A stretch of DNA of 64,000 nucleotides from an uncultured Alphaproteobacteria bacterium (GTDB lineage: Bacteria > Pseudomonadota > Alphaproteobacteria > CAAHEQ01 > UBA3637), in the NCBI GenBank assembly GCA_944392125.1, contig CALXVP010000002.1, forward strand, positions 27,207 to 91,206. The letters are read 5' to 3'. Position numbers and translations under genes: made by a program. Below, piece after piece: positions 37,181 through 46,733 of this stretch. Position 1 is the stretch's first letter. Each line of letters opens with the position of its first letter. The notes beneath the pieces were generated by a model, which worked only from the letters and a program-made list of their open reading frames with translations, had not been told where the DNA came from and did not search any database.

Positions 37181-38362
37181 ATGACTTTTTTTAAACATGT
37201 ACCATTTGTTATTTTAGCTTTAACGTTTGCCGCATTCGGCATCAGCACGGGCGAATTCGTGATGCCCGGACTGCTTGTTCAAATTGCCGAAGAGTTCGGT
37301 ATCGGCATTGATAAGACGGGGCTGTTGGTTTCGGCTTATGCATTCGGCGTTGTCTTCGGCGCGCCGACGGTTGCGGCGTTATGCTTAAAATTTAATCGCA
37401 AATATGTTTTGCTTTTTTTAATCGGAATGTTTTTGCTCGGTAATTTATTATGCGCGTTATCCGTGAATTACACAATGCTCTTGACGGCACGTATTTTAAC
37501 GGCACTCTGCCCGGGCGCGTTCTTTGGTTTTGCCACCGTAACGGCAGCCGAACTTTCTTCACCGGCGTATCGCACACGTGCCGTAGCATTGGTGTTTGTC
37601 GGAACCACATTGGCAAATATGCTCGGCGTTCCGCTCGGCGCTGCGCTCGGACACTTTTTCACCTGGCGCGCCGTATTTTGGATTGTTGTGCTTATTTCAG
37701 CCTGTGCCATGGTGGCCATTGCTCGCAAATTGCCGAATAGTGCCCGTGTTGATAAACAATTTAACACAAAAGACGAATTTATTGTTTTCAAGCGACCGCT
37801 CGTGTTAATCTCGTTCTTGCTTTCCGCTTTACTCAACGCGGGATTCTTCGTGATTTATACTTATATTACGCCGATTTTAACCGATTTAATCGGTGTGCCG
37901 ATGGCATCGGTCAGTCTTGTGTTGTTTATGCTGGGAATTGCGTTGCCGATTGGGACATTCGTCGGCGGAAAATTGGGCGATAAGAATCAATCGGCAGCCC
38001 TCATCGGTTTGTTTAGTGCGTTAATCGTGCTTTCCATCGGGCTATATTACGGGTTAGGTTCGGCCGTAGTCAGTCTGATTTTATTATTTTGCTGGAATAC
38101 ACTGGTGTTTACCACCACACCGATTTTGCAAACAATGGCGATTGATAATGCCTATGAAGCCCCGCACCTTTCGTCCACGTTTAATCAAAGTGCGTTTAAC
38201 GTTGGGGTTGTGGTGGCATCGGCTTGTGGCAGTTTGTTGCTTCAATCCGGTATGGCCTTACAATATCTGCCGATTATCGGGGCGGGCTTTTTAGCCATCG
38301 GATTATGCTTTGTTTTGCTTTACATTCATCTGAAAAAGAAAAGCATTCAAACGCATTCATAA
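37181..38362 (+). CDS. MFS transporter
   Basis: About 12 TM helices. The start is set at ATG 37181, preceded by GGAGGGGG. Confidence 0.8.
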   Translation: MTFFKHVPFVILALTFAAFGISTGEFVMPGLLVQIAEEFGIGIDKTGLLVSAYAFGVVFGAPTVAALCLKFNRKYVLLFLIGMFLLGNLLCALSVNYTMLLTARILTALCPGAFFGFATVTAAELSSPAYRTRAVALVFVGTTLANMLGVPLGAALGHFFTWRAVFWIVVLISACAMVAIARKLPNSARVDKQFNTKDEFIVFKRPLVLISFLLSALLNAGFFVIYTYITPILTDLIGVPMASVSLVLFMLGIALPIGTFVGGKLGDKNQSAALIGLFSALIVLSIGLYYGLGSAVVSLILLFCWNTLVFTTTPILQTMAIDNAYEAPHLSSTFNQSAFNVGVVVASACGSLLLQSGMALQYLPIIGAGFLAIGLCFVLLYIHLKKKSIQTHS

Positions 38363-38646
38363 TTTATAACAAAAAAGAAATACAATGCAAGAAAAACGGA
38401 TATGTCGGCAAATCACGGTTATTACGCTCAAAGTGCTTTACATATCCGTTTTAGCATTGGTTCAGTTTTGGTTTATTCTGGAAAGTTGATGCGTTCACAC
38501 GCCTCTTTAATCACTTCAACCGTTTTTATCCTCTCTGCGCATAAACAGGATTACGCAGGCAAATTATTGCCGATTGTTGCAAAACACAGGCATAAACCCG
38601 TTTGTAGTTATCTCTCACGCAACAAATCACCGTCAAGGCTCATCAT

Positions 38647-38952
38647 CTACGGCGCAAAAAACTTTTGCAAAACGGTTAAAATCTGCGTATGCGTTTGCTC
38701 GGGCAACAAACCGATTTTAGAAACCAATTGCGTTTGATTTACCGGTTGAATTAAATCCATGGCAATCCACGCTTTTTTCCCTTTAAGTCCGATACCGATT
38801 CGGCAGGGCAATAAATACCCGCTCGTGGTAATCGGCGCAATCAAAACATACGGGAGCGACTCATTCAACTCGTCGGGAGAAATCACCAATCCCGGGCGTT
38901 CCTTGCCGTTCATGGCGCACATATAAACTTCAAATCGTTTTACCATTGCCAT
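38647..38952 (-). CDS. mazF: Type II toxin, PemK/MazF family endoribonuclease
   Basis: VYMCAMNGKERPGLVISPDELNESLPYVLIAPITT is the typical PemK/MazF core. It overlaps the antitoxin gene by 13 nt. Confidence 0.75.
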   Translation of the reverse strand: MAMVKRFEVYMCAMNGKERPGLVISPDELNESLPYVLIAPITTSGYLLPCRIGIGLKGKKAWIAMDLIQPVNQTQLVSKIGLLPEQTHTQILTVLQKFFAP

Positions 38953-39158
38953 TCCTCCTCACATCCCGCACATTTATTCTCGCCGTTTTCGGCTATCTTT
39001 TCGCGCCAGCCGGCACGCTCTTGATGAATTGCCGTTAAAATCACGCGTTTTTGCTCCACGCTTAAATTCAATTCATTTTTAAATTCGCATTCGTTAATCA
39101 CGTTTTTCGGAAGCCGAATCCCCCATGAATTGCCGATTTTGGTTAGTTTAATCCGCAT
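38940..39158 (-). CDS. mazE: Type II antitoxin, AbrB/MazE/SpoVT family
   Basis: MRIKLTKIGNSWGIRLPKNVI is the swapped-hairpin AbrB/MazE N-terminus. The acidic and Trp-rich C-terminus would bind the toxin. Confidence 0.75.
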   Translation of the reverse strand: MRIKLTKIGNSWGIRLPKNVINECEFKNELNLSVEQKRVILTAIHQERAGWREKIAENGENKCAGCEEEWQW

Positions 39159-40700
39159 CTATTTCGCCTCCTCTTTTAACACATCCGCCAGCACCATATA
39201 TAACCGCCCCACATCGGACCCGATTAACACGCTCATAAGCAGTTTATTTTCTTCTCCCTCCTGCGCTTTTTTCGTCATACCCTCAAACTCCGCCATATAG
39301 CGCGTAACGGCCATTCTGAAATCTTCATTGTTTTCGTATAAGTTCACGATTTTTTTATGCTGGGAATTGCTGATCATTTTTGTAATATGACGCATAAAAG
39401 CGGCTTTATCGCCGTCATAATACTTCTTCCACAAGGCATCTTCCGCTTTGGGTGTAAAAATATGCGCCATATCCACCGAAAAGCCCTGCAATCTATCTAA
39501 AATCACCGTGGCATCTTGCAATAAATCTGTTTGCGATTGATGACGCGCCGTCGGGAATACGGCGGTGGCCTTTTTAATGTTTTCATCCATTTCCTGACGC
39601 ACGGTTTCCACATCTTGCTTGACCTGCGTCATCACCTTTTGCACTTTTTCGGCAGAAGTTTCAAAACGTTTATCAATGCCGTCCAATTCCCGAATGGCGC
39701 TTGCCGTTGTTTGCATCATGCCTTTTGTATTGCCACTGAGCGAATCTGCCAACACGCCGATACGGTTCGTCATTTTTTGCACTTCCGAATCCAGCAATGT
39801 GCCTTGTTTTTTAAAGACGGCCAACACTTTTTCCAAATTGCCGAAGAGGCGCGCATTATGCTTGCTCATCTCTTTTTCATATTGCTCAATCGCGGATTCC
39901 ATTTTCTTGCCGGACATATCCATTTGCATCACGATTTCACCAGCCGTATTCAAGGCGCCCGCCGTTCTTTCGTTTGCCGTTTCCAACGCGTGGCTCATAT
40001 TTTGAACATCGCTCGTATGGTTTGATAACACGCCCGACAAAGCCCGCATTTTATCATCGGCCTGAGCCACCACCTGCGCCAATAAATCGGCTTGTTCAAT
40101 AAAGAGTTGTGCTGTTTTGGCCGATTGTTGATTTGCTTGTTCCGTCATGGTTGTTAAATTTTGGATATGCCCCGCCACTTCCCGAACGGATTCCATTGTT
40201 TGCGTATCAACACGTTTCATAATTTGGCTTAAATCGTTAATCCATTGTTTTAATTCATCACGCACCGTTTGCGTTTCGCGGTTCACTTGTGAAAACACCG
40301 TCCGAAATTCTTTAATTTGTGCCCGCAAGGCATCTGTCAGCGATTTGGTATAGACAGCACCCTCCTCGGTGGGATAGACTAATTCATTTAAATACGATTG
40401 TAATTGTTTGGATTCATCTGCCAGCTGAGCCGAGCGATCAAAATACGCCGTCACCAAAAACATGACCACAATCGGAAGCAACAGTCCGCTAAAACTACCA
40501 ATCAACTCAGCCGGCGATAAATCATACCGACTTCCCCACCAGCCCGAGGCAGCCAGATAGTCCCAAATAAACGCCAGCCAAACCGCTGCAAATAAGCAAG
40601 AGAGAATAAAACCTTTCTTTTCCCAAAAAGCCTTGGTCTTCATTTTTTCCATATCCGCAAAAACAACCTCAGGCCTATCCGGCGATTGATGTGTGAACAT
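39159..40700 (-). CDS. Two-TM membrane-anchored coiled-coil protein (513 aa), hypothetical
   Basis: AGGAGG RBS; two N-terminal hydrophobic helices; about 300 aa of heptad-like Q/E/K/T-rich sequence; conserved-looking C-terminal domain (LWKKYYDGDKAAFMRH...FRMAVTRYMAEFE). It lacks the MCP signalling hairpin. Confidence 0.65.
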   Translation of the reverse strand: MFTHQSPDRPEVVFADMEKMKTKAFWEKKGFILSCLFAAVWLAFIWDYLAASGWWGSRYDLSPAELIGSFSGLLLPIVVMFLVTAYFDRSAQLADESKQLQSYLNELVYPTEEGAVYTKSLTDALRAQIKEFRTVFSQVNRETQTVRDELKQWINDLSQIMKRVDTQTMESVREVAGHIQNLTTMTEQANQQSAKTAQLFIEQADLLAQVVAQADDKMRALSGVLSNHTSDVQNMSHALETANERTAGALNTAGEIVMQMDMSGKKMESAIEQYEKEMSKHNARLFGNLEKVLAVFKKQGTLLDSEVQKMTNRIGVLADSLSGNTKGMMQTTASAIRELDGIDKRFETSAEKVQKVMTQVKQDVETVRQEMDENIKKATAVFPTARHQSQTDLLQDATVILDRLQGFSVDMAHIFTPKAEDALWKKYYDGDKAAFMRHITKMISNSQHKKIVNLYENNEDFRMAVTRYMAEFEGMTKKAQEGEENKLLMSVLIGSDVGRLYMVLADVLKEEAK

Positions 40701-40727
40701 TGTGCCTCCTTTCGTAAAATGATAACA

Positions 40728-40742
40728 TTAAATAGCCATTAA
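40728..40742. promoter_or_regulatory. CtrA-type box TTAA-N7-TTAA upstream of the coiled-coil gene
   Basis: TTAAATAGCCATTAA lies 28-42 nt upstream of the ATG at 40700. Confidence 0.3.
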
Positions 40743-40934
40743 AGAATTACTTTGTTTATACAAGTTATATAGGCAATTCGCCCACGCGTCAACACTTATT
40801 TCACAACAGAACGCAAAAATTTTTATTCCCCTGCCTATTATGGCAAAAAAGATTTGCGGGAACCAATTTAACTTAATATAATTACAAAGGATTTACAAAT
40901 GAACCTAATCTACGCAAAAAATCCAAAAACATAA

Positions 40935-41783
40935 TTACACTGTAAATACAAAATTTTGAGGATGAACGATTTCTTCCGCCCCGAGGAGTTGATGCCGAAA
41001 CCACGTGCATTGCCGTTTGGCATAATGACGGGTTGATAGTTGAATGGCGGTAACCATCTCATCATAAGTTAATTCCTTGCGCAAGTAAGCGCAAATTTCA
41101 GGCACACCGATGGCTTTCATCACACCTCCCGTTGCCCCCATATCCATTAAGCGACGCACTTCCTCAATCGCTCCGTTTTGCAACATTTGTATCAATCTAT
41201 TATTACATTGTGCATACAACTCGGCGCGCGGTGGGTGAACAAAGAACACTTTAAAATCAGCCTCAACTAATTTTCGTTTCGGAAGTTGTTGAAAATAAGC
41301 CAACGGTTTGCCGGTTGAAAGTTGCACTTCAAGGGCACGGCGCAAACGTTGCGGATCGGTAGCCGAGCAATCTTGCACGCGAGCTTTCACTTCCTCAATC
41401 GGCATGGCGCGCACCAAAGCCCGCACACCCTCATCAACGTCCGGGATCGGCGAAAGTCCCTGCATTAATGCATTTAAATACATACCCGTCCCACCCGTAA
41501 AAATCGGCGTTTTATCGCAGTTTTTTAACGCGTCAACCGCTCGTTGCAACCAATCTTGCACATTATTTTCGTAAAAGGCATCGGCATATCCATAAAGCAA
41601 ATGTTCAATACCGCGCATTTCCGCATCACTCGGTCGTGCCGATAAAATCTTTAAATCCCGATAAATCTGCATGGAATCCGCATTAAATATACACCCACCC
41701 GCTTTTTCGGCGAGACGCAAGGCTAATTCAGACTTTCCGCTTGCCGTCGGGCCGGCTATCACGTATATTTTTTGCAACAACAT
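40935..41783 (-). CDS. miaA: tRNA dimethylallyltransferase
   Basis: P-loop GPTASGKS, then ...NADSMQIYRDL.I.SA.P and GGTGMY. Confidence 0.9.
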   Translation of the reverse strand: MLLQKIYVIAGPTASGKSELALRLAEKAGGCIFNADSMQIYRDLKILSARPSDAEMRGIEHLLYGYADAFYENNVQDWLQRAVDALKNCDKTPIFTGGTGMYLNALMQGLSPIPDVDEGVRALVRAMPIEEVKARVQDCSATDPQRLRRALEVQLSTGKPLAYFQQLPKRKLVEADFKVFFVHPPRAELYAQCNNRLIQMLQNGAIEEVRRLMDMGATGGVMKAIGVPEICAYLRKELTYDEMVTAIQLSTRHYAKRQCTWFRHQLLGAEEIVHPQNFVFTV

Positions 41784-41850
41784 TTAATTTCCCTTGTTTT
41801 TTGGTTAAAATATCGGTAAACTACTCACACTGATGATAAAGGATACCATA

Positions 41851-42378
41851 ATGTTTTACAAAAATCTATTCTTTTTAACATTGTTTTTTATATCGGCCTG
41901 CGGATTTTCGCCGATGCACCGATTATCGGATAATCGCCAAACAAGCAGTTTAACCGAACAAATCGGTATTGCAGGAATCCCGAATTATGAAGGGTGGCTT
42001 TTGCGACAAAACTTGCAAGATAATTTGAACCCCGAAAAAACGGGTGGCAGTAAGAAATACCTGTTAGTTGTTAACTTGCAAGCCCCCACCTATACGGACC
42101 AAAGCATTCAGGGCGATAATTTTGCCAGCCGTGAAACCGTTCGTATTTCCGCTTCATACACATTAAAAGAAACGTCAACGGGGAAAATCATCTTGAAAGA
42201 TTCTACCTCGGCAACCGGCGCTTATAACATCGTAAAAGAGCCGTATGCAACCAATGTGGCGCGAAACAGACTGCGAGAAGATTTAGTTAAAATTATCGGC
42301 GATAATATTTCTTTACGCGTTATATCATTTATGAAGTCAAACGAGGAAAAGCGTGAAAGCGAAACCGTATCAAATTGA
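41851..42378 (+). CDS. lptE: LPS-assembly lipoprotein LptE
   Basis: Lipobox FISACGFSPMH, about 170 aa in length, and the position immediately upstream of holA is the conserved lptE-holA arrangement. Confidence 0.65.
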   Translation: MFYKNLFFLTLFFISACGFSPMHRLSDNRQTSSLTEQIGIAGIPNYEGWLLRQNLQDNLNPEKTGGSKKYLLVVNLQAPTYTDQSIQGDNFASRETVRISASYTLKETSTGKIILKDSTSATGAYNIVKEPYATNVARNRLREDLVKIIGDNISLRVISFMKSNEEKRESETVSN

Positions 42379-43378
42379 AGCGTTAAAGGCTCAAATTCAA
42401 AAGCAATATAAAGGCGCTTTGATTTACGGACCCGATTTCAGCGTCACGGAAGATTGTGCAGAGCAAATCATTCCGTTTATTATTCCAAAAAAAGATGATT
42501 TTTCTTTCATTAAAATTACAAAAAGTCAGCTAAAAGAAACTCCGACTCTGTTATTAGATGAAGGCAACACGGTTTCGCTGTTGGGTGGGCGTAAATTAAT
42601 CTGGCTGAAAGATGCCGATAACACATTGGCACAAGCCGTTGAAGACTATATCACGTATATCAAATCAGATACATTTTTGTTAATCACGGCCGATAATCTG
42701 CTTAAATCGTCGGCATTACGCGTGTTTTGCGAAAACAATGAGTCTGTTTTAACCGTTGCCTGCTATGCCGATGAAGAAAAAGACGTTCGGTTTTTAATAC
42801 AAAATTATCTGAAAACAAAAGGGTATACCGTTTCCGAAAACGCTTTATCATTGTTGCAAAGTCGCTTAAACGAGAATCGGCAAGCTACGAAAAACGAATT
42901 AGAAAAACTGATAACCTATCTGGGCGAGCGAAAACACGTAGAAGAAAAAGATGTGGTTGAAGTTATATCCGATACATCTTCGGCAACGGCCGACATGCTT
43001 GTATTTGCCGTTGCGAACGGGCAACATAAAGAAGCGGATAATGCGCTCCGTATTTTATTTTTGAACGGGGAAAATCCCGTTAGCATTACACGCATTTTAT
43101 CGTTACACTTTAATAAATTATTGATTGGGGCAGATTTAGTTTCAAAGCGCGTATCGGGGGAAGAAATTTGCAAAAAGCTATTACGCGCCAATCAATTTCG
43201 CTTAAAAGAGCAGTTATTGCAACAAGTTTATAAATGGAAAAAAGAATATCTTTGTAAAACATTACAACTGCTTTTAGAAGCGGAGCAACAAACAAAAACA
43301 ACGGGTATGCCGGCAGAACTGATTGTAGAACGTGCCGTAACGATGATAACGGGGCTCGGCAAGCGCCTCAATCATTAA
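42353..43378 (+). CDS. holA: DNA polymerase III subunit delta
   Basis: About 340 aa; N-terminal ...YGPD... with a helical C-terminal domain. It overlaps lptE by 26 nt. Confidence 0.8.
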   Translation: MKAKPYQIEALKAQIQKQYKGALIYGPDFSVTEDCAEQIIPFIIPKKDDFSFIKITKSQLKETPTLLLDEGNTVSLLGGRKLIWLKDADNTLAQAVEDYITYIKSDTFLLITADNLLKSSALRVFCENNESVLTVACYADEEKDVRFLIQNYLKTKGYTVSENALSLLQSRLNENRQATKNELEKLITYLGERKHVEEKDVVEVISDTSSATADMLVFAVANGQHKEADNALRILFLNGENPVSITRILSLHFNKLLIGADLVSKRVSGEEICKKLLRANQFRLKEQLLQQVYKWKKEYLCKTLQLLLEAEQQTKTTGMPAELIVERAVTMITGLGKRLNH

Positions 43379-43485
43379 CCGCCAAATCTGCAATCAACGC
43401 CTCAGCAAAAAGAAAAGCCTGCCGATTATTTCTTGCAAAATAAAGAAATATACTCTCTTTGTCAGCAAACAACCACCGTTACGCT

Positions 43486-46455
43486 TTAGCTTTTTTCGCA
43501 ATAAAAGCGCCCGTCTTTTTCAACAACAGAGCGTTTTGCACCGGAGCAATTCAAGCACAAATTCCGCGCATCGTTGCTATCGGGGATTTCCGTTGATCCG
43601 CTTGTGCAACTGCTTAATCCGCCGTTGATGTTAATAAAATAGCCGTCTCTCGGTTCAGAAGAGCAATACCATTTTGTCTGATCACCGTTTACTTTGCTAT
43701 ATACAATACGGTCATAATTGCGACACATACTTTTTGATGTTTCATCACTTCCGATTTCAAAATTACCCCACGAACTGCCTCCGCATTGACCGTTCACATT
43801 TTGAAGTTGTCCGAAGCAATCATTCACGCAATAGGCTTTGGTAGCACCGCTGGTATCTTCCGCCGTCATAACGCGTTTATTATTGCATTCCGTGCAAGAA
43901 CTCCGCGAGGTAGTAATATTATCAATTTCGGTTCTTGATGATGTTGTGCAACTGATACATTGATTATTTACATTCAAGAATGTGGAGCCATCGGTACAGA
44001 GTCCGTAAGCGCAATAACCATTATCATTGCGACGATTGCCACAACTTTTGCATTGTGCCGCGCTTAAAATTTGATATGAGGCTGGATCATCACATCGTTG
44101 ACAATTTCCATAATAGTCTCTGAATAGAAAACCATCTCCGTCGGAATAATTTTTATGCTCTCCATTTTCCACACTATTACAGACACCGCTTACACCTGGA
44201 TTAATGTAGGCACACCAACTGCCTAATAGTATCCTATTTCCACACGCTTCACATTCTTTTTGCAAATTCTCACCAATACCATACACTGACCTCACATCAG
44301 CGGTATTACATAAGGCACAACCAGCAGTATTAGTATGAAATTGATTCTCGGGACACTTTAAGGGTCCACAAAAAGACTCAGATGGGACAATACGCTCATC
44401 AGGTGAGGGACATTGGGTACATAAAGTTTTTAATTCTGGACTTCTTAAAATTTGATATGTTGATGTGTCGCTACAACTCCAACATCTTCCTAAAATATCC
44501 TGAAATTCTTGTGAATCACATTTTTTTAAGCAGACATATTTAGTCCCTTTTGTATCCTGAACAGAAACAGACCACCTTGTTTGTATTCCATTTTTAGAGC
44601 ATGCAGAACAACCTGATATTTCATCAGAAGCAACATCAACAACTCCATCTGTTTCGCAATCAACACATTCACCCGTTGCGTCCATAAACTGATTTTCATT
44701 ACAAATATTGTTTTTCTTAGGAATACAATATCCGTTTGCTACTTGTCTGCCACATAACTCGCATAGATTTTCAAGAATTGGATTCGTTCCTCCTGCTAAT
44801 GACATGATACTCGTTGTAGTCCCACTATTGTTACAACTGAAACATTCCCCCTTATAATTTTGCCATTTGCGTTTGCACTTTTCATTACTTGGATCAGTTA
44901 AACAAATTATGCTTTCTTCACTGTTTTCATCAGGCTGTTCACATTTTGGATAACAATAATTATCAATCACATTTAATCCACACGATTGGCAAAGTTGATT
45001 CATTTTTTGTTGGGTTATTATACCGGAAGAATACTGTAATAACATGTCTTTACGTTCCGAAATGTTGCATGGATAACACTGTGGATAATTTTCGTTTCCT
45101 TTTCCTAAAAACTCTTTCCCTTCTTCACAATTTAAGATAGGGGAACAGTAACTGTTAAAACGTTCTCTATCTCCACATGCAACACATTGATTAACAGATT
45201 CCACACCTCCGTCAATCTTAAACACTTCCGTATTCGGAGTGCCGTCGGGATTGACACACGGATGACATTGCCCGTCTTGCCCTTGCACGCTGATTCCTTT
45301 TGTGCAGGTGTAGGAACAATACGTTGTGCTTCCTGCCGTCTCTAACTTGCGCGCCGTTCCCTCGTTCGCACAGTTCGCGCATAACTCCGCACCCGTTGCT
45401 TTATCTGCTCCGAACACCTCATCTCCGTTAATTATCACATTAGACGGATGTGAACACGGAATACACGCCCCGTTCCGACTCCGAAACTCGTTTTCCGCAC
45501 ACGCTTCGGGGATTTCTTCGCATTCATTCGTCGCTTCGTTGCAGATTTGATTGATGGGGCAATCATCGTTTACTTCGCATCGCACACATCGCCCCTGCGT
45601 GGCACTGCATATCGGCGTCGCGTCAGGACACGTGGATTCACATTTATAATCGCTTCCGCATCGTTCGCACGTCCCCGTGCAATCCCCGTCATCTAAACAA
45701 TACCGCACAGGTCGCCCGTTTTCATCTACGGCTTCTCCGCCCCCGAGTTCCGCGCCGTATTGACTTAAACTCGTTGTAAACACAATGGACACATTCTCGG
45801 CATCTTCTTCCCCATATTGGCATAATTCTTCGGCGTTTGTGCCGTCAAACAGTTGTTTTTCATCTTCTCCCGTCGGCACCCAAATCAATAACGGTCCCTC
45901 TAAATTTGTATTTAACACATTTAAACACACCCGACTCGGCACATCGTCTACCTGCACATCAAACATATCCGTTGATCGCAAATAAACCCCTATCGGAAAT
46001 CCCGTTGACGTATATTCTGCCCATTCATTCAGCCTATCTTCATTTTCGGGCAAACCGTCCAGCTGATATTTATGCCATGTATCCCGATTGCGCAGATTCA
46101 CTTCATAAATAATATCGTTGGCTCTATATTTATCCATCGCATACCGATAGCCTGCAATTCCCGCAACCGATAACACACCAATCACCGCCAACACGCCCAG
46201 CATTTCTACCATACTCCGCCCGTATTCGGCCAAACGTGCGCTTCTTAATCCACGCAATCCACACAATCCGCGACCTAATCCGCCTTGCGTTTGCGAATCT
46301 AGTAAAAATCCTGCTTTTTGATTATTTTTCAAGCGCATGAGGCGTGTTTGATTCGCTGATTTTATCTCTCGTTTTGCGCGATTCGCCTCAAATTCCCCGT
46401 TTTTTACTTTTTTTGCATAAAAAGAAGCCAAGTTAACTATTTGTTTTATATTCAT
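43486..46455 (-). CDS. Giant prepilin-type N-terminus protein with a cysteine-rich tandem repeat array (989 aa)
   Basis: RBS GGGAGAAAGAAA. Residues 79-103 read G|RSMVEMLGVLAVIGVLSVAGIAGY, with Glu at +5. About 79 Cys by hand count, mostly arranged in about ten C..CxxC..CxxC..C modules. Confidence 0.8.
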   Translation of the reverse strand: MNIKQIVNLASFYAKKVKNGEFEANRAKREIKSANQTRLMRLKNNQKAGFLLDSQTQGGLGRGLCGLRGLRSARLAEYGRSMVEMLGVLAVIGVLSVAGIAGYRYAMDKYRANDIIYEVNLRNRDTWHKYQLDGLPENEDRLNEWAEYTSTGFPIGVYLRSTDMFDVQVDDVPSRVCLNVLNTNLEGPLLIWVPTGEDEKQLFDGTNAEELCQYGEEDAENVSIVFTTSLSQYGAELGGGEAVDENGRPVRYCLDDGDCTGTCERCGSDYKCESTCPDATPICSATQGRCVRCEVNDDCPINQICNEATNECEEIPEACAENEFRSRNGACIPCSHPSNVIINGDEVFGADKATGAELCANCANEGTARKLETAGSTTYCSYTCTKGISVQGQDGQCHPCVNPDGTPNTEVFKIDGGVESVNQCVACGDRERFNSYCSPILNCEEGKEFLGKGNENYPQCYPCNISERKDMLLQYSSGIITQQKMNQLCQSCGLNVIDNYCYPKCEQPDENSEESIICLTDPSNEKCKRKWQNYKGECFSCNNSGTTTSIMSLAGGTNPILENLCELCGRQVANGYCIPKKNNICNENQFMDATGECVDCETDGVVDVASDEISGCSACSKNGIQTRWSVSVQDTKGTKYVCLKKCDSQEFQDILGRCWSCSDTSTYQILRSPELKTLCTQCPSPDERIVPSESFCGPLKCPENQFHTNTAGCALCNTADVRSVYGIGENLQKECEACGNRILLGSWCAYINPGVSGVCNSVENGEHKNYSDGDGFLFRDYYGNCQRCDDPASYQILSAAQCKSCGNRRNDNGYCAYGLCTDGSTFLNVNNQCISCTTSSRTEIDNITTSRSSCTECNNKRVMTAEDTSGATKAYCVNDCFGQLQNVNGQCGGSSWGNFEIGSDETSKSMCRNYDRIVYSKVNGDQTKWYCSSEPRDGYFININGGLSSCTSGSTEIPDSNDARNLCLNCSGAKRSVVEKDGRFYCEKS

Positions 46456-46685
46456 TTTCTTTCTCCCTATTCTTCATAAACGTCCGTTTATGTAGAGAGG
46501 AAACGAAACAAAAATGCCCCACAAAAATCAATCTTAAAAAATCATTATTTTACAAGTAGATATCCATATTTAAATTTTCACTTGATTATTTTAAAAATAC
46601 CCTTATAATCCTCTTTATACTATATCATCTAGACGGACCTTTTTGTAGAGTCCGCTTTTTTTATGCCGATGATACTCCGTTTATT

Positions 46686-46720
46686 AAAAAACCCGCCACT
46701 TACTTGTGACGGGCTTTTTT
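46686..46720. terminator. Intrinsic terminator downstream of thrS
   Basis: CCCGCCAC-ttactt-GTGACGGG (one mismatch), flanked by an A-run and a T-run. On the minus strand the stem is followed by TTTTTT. Confidence 0.55.
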
Positions 46721-46733
46721 AATTTTATACACG

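Noticed and set aside
38402-38737. A 111-aa plus-strand ORF downstream of the MFS transporter.
   Set aside because: It overlaps the 3' end of mazF on the opposite strand. It has no RBS or motif, and its Cys/Ser/His-rich composition is typical of spurious frames.
39531-40025. 164-aa and 128-aa plus-strand ORFs antisense to the coiled-coil gene.
   Set aside because: These are His/Phe/Arg-rich antisense translations of a repetitive coiled-coil coding region, with no RBS or motif.
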